A stretch of 64,000 nt of DNA from Antedon mediterranea (Eukaryota > Animalia > Echinodermata): NCBI RefSeq assembly GCF_964355755.1, contig NC_092679.1, positions 9,206,201 to 9,270,200 of the forward strand. Reading direction: 5' to 3'. Each line of letters begins with the position of its first letter. Positions within the stretch are counted from its first letter, which is position 1. The position numbers were made by a program, and so were the translations under genes. Below are positions 53,901 through 64,000 of the stretch, piece after piece. The notes below the pieces were generated by a model that searched no databases, was not told the DNA's origin, and was given only the letters and a program-made list of their open reading frames with translations.

Positions 53901-56900
53901 CGAAAATCACAAAATGGTCTAAAACGTCTCCAATAGCGATTTGAAGCTTTTCTGTACACTTTGGTGTTTTTATGTTAACAAGTTTTTTCGAAAATCACAA
54001 AATGGTCTAAAACGTCTCCAAATGCGATTTGAAGCTAATCTGTACACTTTGATGTTTTTATGTTAACAAGTTTTTTCGAAAATCACAAAATGGTCTAAAA
54101 CGTTTCCAAATGCGATTTGAAGCTTTTCTTTACACTTTGGTGTTTTTATGTTAACAAGTTTTTTCGAAAATCACAAAATGGTCTAAAACGTCTACAAATG
54201 CAATTTGAAGCTATTCTAAGCACTTTTGTGTTTTTATGTTAACAAGTTTTTTCGAAAATCACAAAATGGTCTAAAACGTCTACAAATGCGATTTGAAGCT
54301 ATTCTAAGCACTTTTGTGTTTTTATGTTAACAAGTTTTTTCGAAAATCACAAAATGGTCTAAAACGTCTGCAAATGCGATTTTAAACTATTCTTAGCACA
54401 TTGGTGTTTTTATTTAAACAAATTTTTTCGAAACTCACAAAATGGTCTAAAACGTCTCCAAATGCGATTTGAAGCTATTTTAAGCACTTTGGTGTTTTTG
54501 TGTTAACAAGTTTTTCGAAATGCTCAAAATGGTCTAAAACGTTTTTAAACACGATATTAAGCTATTTTGTGCTCTTTGGTGTTTTTTTGTGAAAAGTTTT
54601 AGCAAAATGCTCAAAATGGTCTAAAACGATTTCTAATGTGATTTTAAGCACTTTGATGTTTTTATGTTAACTAGTTTTTTCGAAAATCACAAAATGGTCT
54701 AAAACGTCTCCAAATGCGATTTGAAGCTATTTTAAGCACTTAGGTGCTTTTGTGTAACCAAGTTTTTTAGAAAATCACAAAAGGGTCTAAAATGTCTCCA
54801 AATGTGATTTGAAGCTATTTTAAGGACTTTGGTGTTTTTGTGTTAACAAGTTTTTCGGAAATCACAAAATTGTCTAAAACGTCTCCAAATGCGATTTGAA
54901 GCTATTCTGTACACTTTGATGTTTTTATGTTAACAAGTTTTTTAGAAAATCACAAAATGGTCTAAAACATCTCCAAATGCGATTTAAAGCTATTTTAAGC
55001 ACTTTGGTGTTTTTATGTTAACAAGTTTTTTCGAAAATCACAAAATGGTCTAAAACGTCTCCAAATGCGATTTGAAGCTATTTTAAGCACTTGGGTGTTT
55101 TTGTGTTAACAAGTTTTTCGAAATGCTCAAAATGGTCTAAAACGTTTCCAAATGCGATTTGAAGCTATTCTGTACACTTTGATGTTTTGTGTGAAAATTT
55201 TCTGTCGAAATGCTCAAAATGGTCAAAAACGTTTTTAAATACGATATTAAGCTACTTTGTGCTCTTTGATGTTTTTGTGTGAAATGTTTTATCGAAATGC
55301 TCAAAATGGTCTAAAACGGTTTCTAATGTGATTTCAAGCACTTTGATGTTTTTGTGTAACCAAGTTTTTCGAAAATCACAAAATTGTCTAAAACGTCTCC
55401 AAATGCGATTTGAAGCTATTCTGTACTCTTTGATGTTTTTATGTTAACAAGTTTTTCGAAAATCACAAAATGGTCTAAAACGTCTCCAAATGCGATTTTA
55501 AGCTATTCTAAGCACTTTGGTGTTTTTATGTTAACAAGTTTTTTTGAAATCACAAAATGGTCTAAAACGTCTCTAAATGAGATTTGAAGCTTTTCTGTAC
55601 ATTTTGATGTTTTTATGTTAACAAGTTTTTTCGAAAATCACAAAATGGTCTAAAATGTCTCCAAATGCGATTTGAAGCTATTCTAAGCACTTTGGTGTTT
55701 TTATGGAAACAATTTTTTTCGAAAATCACAAAATGGTCTAAAACGTCTCCAAATGTGATTTGAAGCTATTCTGTACACTTTGATGTTTTTATGTTAACAA
55801 GTTTTTCGAAAATCACAAAATGGTCTAAAACGTCTCCAAATGCGATTTTAAGCTATTCTAAGCACTTTGGTGTTTTTATGTTAACAAGTTTTTTTGAAAA
55901 TCACAAAATGGTCTAAAACGTCTCTAAATGCGATTTGAAGCTATTTTAAGAACTTTGGTGTTTTTATCTTAACAAGTTTTTTCGAAAATCACAAAATGGT
56001 CTAAAACGTCTCCAAATGCGATTTGAAGCTATTCTAAGCACTTTTGTGTTTTTATGTTAACAAGTTTTTTCGAAAATCACAATATGGTCTAAAACGTCTG
56101 CAAATGCGATTTGAAGCTATTCTAAGCACTTTGGTGTTTTTATGGAAACAATTTTTTTCGAAAATCACAAAATGGTCTAAAACGTCTCCAAATGTGATTT
56201 GAAGCTATTCTGTACACTTTGATGTTTTTATGTTAGCAAGTTTTTTCGAAAATCACAAAATGGTCTAAAACGTCTACAAATGCGATTTGAAGCTAATCTG
56301 TACACTTTGATGTTTTTATGTTAACAAGTTTTTTCGAAAATCACAAAAGGGTCTAAAATGTCTGTAAATGCGATTTGAAGCTATTTAAAGCACTTTGGTG
56401 TTTTTAGATTAACAAGTTTTTTCGAAAATCACAAAATGGTCTAAAACGTCTACAAATGCGATTTGAAGCTATTCTAAGCACTTTTGTGTTTTTATGTTAA
56501 CAAGTTTTTTCGAAAATCACAAAATGGTCTAAAACGTCTCCAAATGCGATTTGAAGCTATTTTAAGCACTTTGGTGTTTTTGTGTTAACAAGTTTTTCGA
56601 AAATCACAAAATGGTCTAAAACGTTTCCAAATGCGATTTGAAGCTATTCTGTACACTTTGATGTTTTGTGTGAAAATTTTCTTTCGAAATGCTCAAAATG
56701 GTCAAAAACGTTTTTAAATACGATATTAAGCTACTTTGTGCTCTTTGATGTTTTTGTGTGAAATGTTTTATCGAAATGCTCAAAATGGTCTAAAACGGTT
56801 TCTAATGTGATTTCAAGCACTTTGATGTTTTTGTGTAACCAAGTTTTTCGAAAATCACAAAATTGTCTAAAACGTCTCCAAATGCGATTTGAAGCTATTC

Positions 56901-57523
56901 TGTACACTTTGATGTTTTTATGTTAACAAGTTTTTCGAAAATCACAAAATGGTCTAAAACGTCTCCAAATGCGATTTGAAGCTATTCTGTACACTTTGAT
57001 GTTTTTATGTTAACAAGTTTTTCGAAAATCACAAAATGGTGTAAAACGTCTCTAAATGTGATTTGAAGCTTTTCTGTACACTTTAATGTTTTTATGTTAA
57101 CAACTTTTTTCGAAAATCACAAAATGGTCTAAAATGTCTCCAAATGCGATTTGAAGCTATTCTAAGCACTTTGATGTTTTTATGTTAACAAGTTTTTTCG
57201 AAAATCACAAAATGGTCTAAAACGTCTCCAATAGCGATTTTAAGCTATTCTGTACACTTTGATGTTTTTATGTTAACAAGTTTTTCGAAAATCACAAAAT
57301 GGTCTAAAACGTCTCCAAATGCGATTTTAAGCTATTCTAAGCACTTTGGTGTTTTTATGTTAACAAGTTTTTTTGAAAATCACAAAATGGTCTAAAACGT
57401 CTCTAAATGCGATTTGAAGCTTTTCTGTACACTTTGATGTTTTTATGTTAACAACTTTTTTCGAAAATCACAAAATGGTCTAAAATGTCTCCAAATGCGA
57501 TTTGAAGCTATTCTAAGCACTTT
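31170..57523. repeat. ~15.5-kb super-unit duplication (offset 15542, then 15454)
   Basis: Markers at 31820/47362 and 34020/49562 and ORFs at 34991/50533 have offset 15542. ORFs at 37981/53435, AATATGGTCT (40627/56081) and the GTAAAACG of the GGTGTAAAACG variant (41587/57041) have offset 15454. The match breaks at about 42069/57523. Confidence 0.9.
35020..40330. repeat. 3050-bp (~35-monomer) tandem duplication nested within the 15.5-kb unit
   Basis: CACTTGGGTG occurs at ~36584 and ~39634, and at ~52126 and ~55088 in the second super-unit. GTTACCAAG occurs at 35031 and 38081. A chimeric junction monomer lies at ~38041-38090. Confidence 0.82.
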
Positions 57524-60500
57524 TGTGTTTTTATGTTAACAAGTTTTTTCGAAAATCACAAAATGGTCTAAAACGTCTCCAAATGCGATTTGAAGCTATT
57601 TTAAGCACTTTGGTGTTTTTGTGTTAACAAGTTTTTCGAAAATCACAAAATGGTCTAAAACGTTTCCAAATGCGATTTGAAGCTATTCTGTACACTTTGA
57701 TGTTTTGTGTGAAAATTTTCTTTCGAAATGCTCAAAATGGTCAAAAACGTTTTTAAATACGATATTAAGCTACTTTGTGCTCTTTGATGTTTTTGTGTGA
57801 AATGTTTTATCGAAATGCTCAAAATGGTCTAAAACGGTTTCTAATGTGATTTCAAGCACTTTGATGTTTTTGTGTAACCAAGTTTTTCGAAAATCACAAA
57901 ATTGTCTAAAACGTCTCCAAATGCGATTTGAAGCTATTCTGTACACTTTGATGTTTTTATGTTAACAAGTTTTTCGAAAATCACAAAATGGTCTAAAACG
58001 TCTCCAAATGCGATTTGAAGCTATTCTGTAAACTTTGATGTTTTTATGTTAACAAGTTTTTCGAAAATCACAAAATGGTCTAAAACGTCTCTAAATGCGA
58101 TTTGAAGCTTTTCTGTACACTTTGATGTTTTTATGTTAACAACTTTTTTCGAAAATCACAAAATGGTCTAAAATGTCTCCAAATGCGATTTGAAGCTATT
58201 CTAAGCACTTTGATGTTTTTATGTTACCAAGTTTTTTCGAAAATCACAAAATGGTCTAAAACGTCTCCAATAGCGATTTTAAGCTATTCTGTACACTTTG
58301 ATGTTTTTATGTTAACAAGTTTTTCGAAAATCACAAAATGGTCTAAAACGTCTCCAAATGCGATTTTAAGCTATTCTAAGCACTTTGGTGTTTTTATGTT
58401 AATAAGTTTTTTTGAAAATCACGAAATGGTCTAAAACGTCTCTAAATGCGATTTGAAGCTTTTCTGTACACTTTGATGTTTTTATGTTAACAACTTTTTT
58501 CGAAAATCACAAAATGGTCTAAAATGTCTCCAAATGCGATTTGAAGCTATTCTAAGCACTTTGGTGTTTTTATGGAAACAATTTTTTTCGAAAATCACAA
58601 AATGGTCTAAAACGTCTCCAATAGCGATTTGAAGCTTTTCTGTACACTTTGGTGTTTTTATGTTAACAAGTTTTTTCGAAAATCACAAAATGGTCTAAAA
58701 CGTCTCCAAATGCGATTTGAAGCTAATCTGTACACTTTGATGTTTTTATGTTAACAAGTTTTTTCGAAAATCACAAAATGGTCTAAAACGTTTCCAAATG
58801 CGATTTGAAGCTTTTCTTTACACTTTGGTGTTTTTATGTTAACAAGTTTTTTCGAAAATCACAAAATGGTCTAAAACGTCTCCAAATGCGATTTGAAGCT
58901 ATTCTGTACACTTTGATGTTTTTATGTTAACAAGTTTTTTCGAAGATCACAAAATGGTCTAAAACGTCTACAAATGCAATTTGAAGCTATTCTAAGCACT
59001 TTTGTGTTTTTATGTTAACAAGTTTTTTCGAAAATCACAAAATGGTCTAAAACGTCTGCAAATGCGATTTTAAACTATTCTTAGCACATGGGTGTTTTTA
59101 TTTAAACAAATTTTTTCGAAACTCACAAAATGGTCTAAAACGTCTCCAAATGCGATTTGAAGCTATTTTAAGCACTTTGGTGTTTTTGTGTTAACAAGTT
59201 TTTCGAAATGCTCAAAATGGTCTAAAACGTTTTTAAACACGATATTAAGCTATTTTGTGCTCTTTGGTGTTTTTTTGTGAAAAGTTTTAGCAAAATGCTC
59301 AAAATGGTCTAAAACGATTTCTAATGTGATTTTAAGCACTTTGATGTTTTTATGTTAACTAGTTTTTTCGAAAATCACAAAATGGTCTAAAACGTCTCCA
59401 AATGCGATTTGAAGCTATTTTAAGCACTTAAGTGCTTTTGTGTAACCAAGTTTTTTTGAAAATCACAAAAGGGTCTAAAATGTCTCCAAATGTGATTTGA
59501 AGCTATTTTAAGCACTTTGGTGTTTTTGTGTTAACAAGTTTTTCGGAAATCACCAAATTGTCTAAAACGTCTCCAAATGCGATTTGAAGCTATTCTGTAC
59601 ACTTTGATGTTTTTATGTTAACAAGTTTTTTAGAAAATCACAAAATGGTCTAAAACATCTCCAAATGCGATTTAAAGCTATTTTAAGCACTTTGGTGTTT
59701 TTATGTTAACAAGTTTTTTCGAAAATCACAAAATGGTCTAAAACGTCTCCAAATGCGATTTGAAGCTATTTTAAGCACTTTGGTGTTTTTGTGTTAACAA
59801 GTTTTTCGAAATGCTCAAAATGGTCTAAAACGTTTCCAAATGCGATTTGAAGCTATTCTGTACACTTTGATGTTTTGTGTGAAAATTTTCTGTCGAAATG
59901 CTCAAAATGGTCAAAAACGTTTTTAAATACGATATTAAGCTACTTTGTGCTCTTTGATGTTTTTGTGTGAAATGTTTTATCGAAATGCTCAAAATGGTCT
60001 AAAACGGTTTCTAATGTGATTTCAAGCACTTTGATGTTTTTGTGTAACCAAGTTTTTCGAAAATCACAAAATTGTCTAAAACGTCTCCAAATGCGATTTG
60101 AAGCTATTCTGTACTCTTTGATGTTTTTATGTTAACAAGTTTTTCGAAAATCACAAAATGGTCTAAAACGTCTCCAAATGCGATTTTAAGCTATTCTAAG
60201 CACTTTGGTGTTTTTATGTTAACAAGTTTTTTTGAAATCACAAAATGGTCTAAAACGTCTCTAAATGAGATTTGAAGCTTTTCTGTACATTTTGATGTTT
60301 TTATGTTAACAAGTTTTTTCGAAAATCACAAAATGGTCTAAAATGTCTCCAAATGCGATTTGAAGCTATTCTAAGCACTTTGGTGTTTTTATGGAAACAA
60401 TTTTTTTCGAAAATCACAAAATGGTCTAAAACGTCTCCAAATGTGATTTGAAGCTATTCTGTACACTTTGATGTTTTTATGTTAGCAAGTTTTTTCGAAA

Positions 60501-63500
60501 ATCACAAAATGGTCTAAAACGTCTACAAATGCGATTTGAAGCTAATCTGTACACTTTGATGTTTTTATGTTAACAAGTTTTTTCGAAAATCACAAAAGGG
60601 TCTAAAATGTCTGTAAATGCTATTTGAAGCTATTTAAAGCACTTTGGTGTTTTTAGGTTAACAAGTTTTTTCGAAAATCACAAAAGGGTCTAAAATGTCT
60701 GTAAATGCGATTTGAAGCTATTTAAAGCACTTTTGTGTTTTTATGTTAACAAGTTTTTTCGAAAATCACAAAATGGTCTAAAACGTCTCCAAATGCGATT
60801 TGAAGCTATTTTAAGCACTTTGGTGTTTTTGTGTTAACAAGTTTTTCGAAAATCACAAAATGGTCTAAAACGTTTCCAAATGCGATTTGAAGCTATTCTG
60901 TACACTTTGATGTTTTGTGTGAAAATTTTCTTTCGAAATGCTCAAAATGGTCAAAAACGTTTTTAAATACGATATTAAGCTACTTTGTGCTCTTTGATGT
61001 TTTTGTGTGAAATGTTTTATCGAAATGCTCAAAATGGTCTAAAACGGTTTCTAATGTGATTTCAAGCACTTTGATGTTTTTGTGTAACCAAGTTTTTCGA
61101 AAATCACAAAATTGTCTAAAGCGTCTCCAAATGCGATTTGAAGCTATTCTGTAAACTTTGATGTTTTTATGTTAACAAGTTTTTCGAAAATCACAAAATG
61201 GTCTAAAACGTCTCTAAATGCGATTTGAAGCTTTTCTGTACACTTTGATGTTTTTATGTTAACAACTTTTTTCGAAAATCACAAAATGGTCTAAAATGTC
61301 TCCAAATGCGATTTGAAGCTATTCTAAGCACTTTGATGTTTTTATGTTACCAAGTTTTTTCGAAAATCACAAAATGGTCTAAAACGTCTCCAATAGCGAT
61401 TTTAAGCTATTCTGTACACTTTGATGTTTTTATGTTAACAAGTTTTTCGAAAATCACAAAATGGTCTAAAACGTCTCCAAATGCGATTTTAAGCTATTCT
61501 AAGCACTTTGGTGTTTTTATGTTAACAAGTTTTTTTGAAAATCACAAAATGGTCTAAAACGTCTCTAAATGCGATTTGAAGCTTTTCTGTACACTTTGAT
61601 GTCTTTATGTTAACAACTTTTTTCGAAAATCACAAAATGGTCTAAAATGTCTCCAAATGCGATTTGAAGCTATTCTAAGCACTTTGGTGTTTTTATGGAA
61701 ACAATTTTTTTCGAAAATCACAAAATGGTCTAAAACGTCTCCAATAGCGATTTGAAGCTTTTCTGTACACTTTGGTGTTTTTATGTTAACAAGTTTTTTC
61801 GAAAATCACAAAATGGTCTAAAACGTCTCCAAATGCGATTTGAAGCTAATCTGTACACTTTGATGTTTTTATGTTAACAAGTTTTTTCGAAAATCACAAA
61901 ATGGTCTAAAACGTTTCCAAATGCGATTTGAAGCTTTTCTTTACACTTTGGTGTTTTTATGTTAACAAGTTTTTTCGAAAATCACAAAATGGTCTAAAAC
62001 GTCTCCAAATGCGATTTGAAGCTATTCTGTACACTTTGATGTTTTTATGTTAACAAGTTTTTTCGAAGATCACAAAATGGTCTAAAACGTCTACAAATGC
62101 AATTTGAAGCTATTCTAAGCACTTTTGTGTTTTTATGTTAACAAGTTTTTTCGAAAATCACAAAATGGTCTAAAACGTCTGCAAATGCGATTTTAAACTA
62201 TTCTTAGCACATGGGTGTTTTTATTTAAACAAATTTTTTCGAAACTCACAAAATGGTCTAAAACGTCTCCAAATGCGATTTGAAGCTATTTTAAGCACTT
62301 TGGTGTTTTTGTGTTAACAAGTTTTTCGAAATGCTCAAAATGGTCTAAAACGTTTTTAAACACGATATTAAGCTATTTTGTGCTCTTTGGTGTTTTTTTG
62401 TGAAAAGTTTTAGCAAAATGCTCAAAATGGTCTAAAACGATTTCTAATGTGATTTTAAGCACTTTGATGTTTTTATGTTAACTAGTTTTTTCGAAAATCA
62501 CAAAATGGTCTAAAACGTTTCCAAATGCGATTTGAAGCTATTTTAAGCACTTAAGTGCTTTTGTGTAACCAAGTTTTTTTGAAAATCACAAAAGGGTCTA
62601 AAATGTCTCCAAATGTGATTTGAAGCTATTTTAAGCACTTTGGTGTTTTTGTGTTAACAAGTTTTTCGGAAATCACCAAATTGTCTAAAACGTCTCCAAA
62701 TGCGATTTGAAGCTATTCTGTACACTTTGATGTTTTTATGTTAACAAGTTTTTTAGAAAATCACAAAATGGTCTAAAACATCTCCAAATGCGATTTAAAG
62801 CTATTTTAAGCACTTTGGTGTTTTTATGTTAACAAGTTTTTTCGAAAATCACAAAATGGTCTAAAACGTCTCCAAATGCGATTTGAAGCTATTTTAAGCA
62901 CTTTGGTGTTTTTGTGTTAACAAGTTTTTCGAAATGCTCAAAATGGTCTAAAACGTTTCCAAATGCGATTTGAAGCTATTCTGTACACTTTGATGTTTTG
63001 TGTGAAAATTTTCTGTCGAAATGCTCAAAATGGTCAAAAACGTTTTTAAATACGATATTAAGCTACTTTGTGCTCTTTGATGTTTTTGTGTGAAATGTTT
63101 TATCGAAATGCTCAAAATGGTCTAAAACGGTTTCTAATGTGATTTCAAGCACTTTGATGTTTTTGTGTAACCAAGTTTTTCGAAAATCACAAAATTGTCT
63201 AAAACGTCTCCAAATGCGATTTGAAGCTATTCTGTACTCTTTGATGTTTTTATGTTAACAAGTTTTTCGAAAATCACAAAATGGTCTAAAACGTCTCCAA
63301 ATGCGATTTTAAGCTATTCTAAGCACTTTGGTGTTTTTATGTTAACAAGTTTTTTTGAAATCACAAAATGGTCTAAAACGTCTCTAAATGAGATTTGAAG
63401 CTTTTCTGTACATTTTGATGTTTTTATGTTAACAAGTTTTTTCGAAAATCACAAAATGGTCTAAAATGTCTCCAAATGCGATTTGAAGCTATTCTAAGCA

Positions 63501-64000
63501 CTTTGGTGTTTTTATGGAAACAATTTTTTTCGAAAATCACAAAATGGTCTAAAACGTCTCCAAATGTGATTTGAAGCTATTCTGTACACTTTGATGTTTT
63601 TATGTTAGCAAGTTTTTTCGAAAATCACAAAATGGTCTAAAACGTCTACAAATGCGATTTGAAGCTAATCTGTACACTTTGATGTTTTTATGTTAACAAG
63701 TTTTTTCGAAAATCACAAAAGGGTCTAAAATGTCTGTAAATGCTATTTGAAGCTATTTAAAGCACTTTGGTGTTTTTAGGTTAACAAGTTTTTTCGAAAA
63801 TCACAAAAGGGTCTAAAATGTCTGTAAATGCGATTTGAAGCTATTTAAAGCACTTTTGTGTTTTTATGTTAACAAGTTTTTTCGAAAATCACAAAATGGT
63901 CTAAAACGTCTCCAAATGCGATTTGAAGCTATTTTAAGCACTTTGGTGTTTTTGTGTTAACAAGTTTTTCGAAAATCACAAAATGGTCTAAAACGTTTCC
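57520..64000. repeat. 3123-bp tandem duplication running off the window end
   Basis: GTAAACTTTG (58028/61151), ORFs at 58183/61306, CACATGGG (~59085/62208) and TGCTATTTG (60618/63741) all have offset 3123. Confidence 0.88.

Larger units (their letters stand above)
1..64000. repeat. 88-bp AT-rich tandem satellite array (about 730 monomers, all in one orientation), probably centromeric or pericentromeric
   Basis: AATGCGATTT starts at 1, 89 and 177 (variant) and recurs with ~88-bp period to the end of the window. TTTTCGAAAATCACAAAATGGTCTAAAA is present in most monomers. No unique sequence was seen. Centromeric location is an inference only. Confidence 0.99.

Noticed and set aside
4867-61557. 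Ten 83-103 aa ORFs (MRFEAILSTL...)
   Set aside because: They are translations of about three satellite monomers read through shifting frames. They open only where the GTTAAC>GTTACC variant removes a TAA stop, and they recur because the block is duplicated. There is no domain or gene context.
1-64000. CRISPR-like or diversity-generating repeat/spacer array
   Set aside because: The variable parts are point variants of one consensus, not unique spacers. No cas, reverse transcriptase or recombinase gene and no leader is present.
1-64000. Inversions, transposon insertions or telomeric repeats
   Set aside because: I saw no reverse-complement monomer (e.g. TTTTAGACCATTTTGTG) and no foreign sequence. 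Isolated TTAGG occurrences are single point variants.

Overview
The whole 64 kb window is one uninterrupted, head-to-tail, single-orientation array of an AT-rich (~31% GC) satellite with an 88-bp monomer (roughly 730 copies; approximate consensus AATGCGATTTGAAGCTATTCTGTACACTTTGATGTTTTTATGTTAACAAGTTTTTTCGAAAATCACAAAATGGTCTAAAACGTCTCCA). It looks like eukaryotic centromeric or pericentromeric satellite DNA; I cannot name the family or species. I see no genes, RNA genes, transposon insertions, inversions or CRISPR spacers, and the listed ORFs are by-products of the repeat. The information lies in the variants. Monomers are ordered into a ~3.65 kb (~42-mer) higher-order unit anchored by two related divergent cassettes. 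This unit has been reworked by nested, in-register duplications (88, 440, ~1040, 3050, 3123, 3300, ~5000, 5480 and ~15,500 bp). The array also shows 10-bp deletions, CpG decay, a one-monomer conversion tract, one complex out-of-register repair junction, and private mutations that perfect quasi-palindromes. All comparisons were made by eye, so block boundaries are approximate. I found no evidence of a new gene-encoded system.
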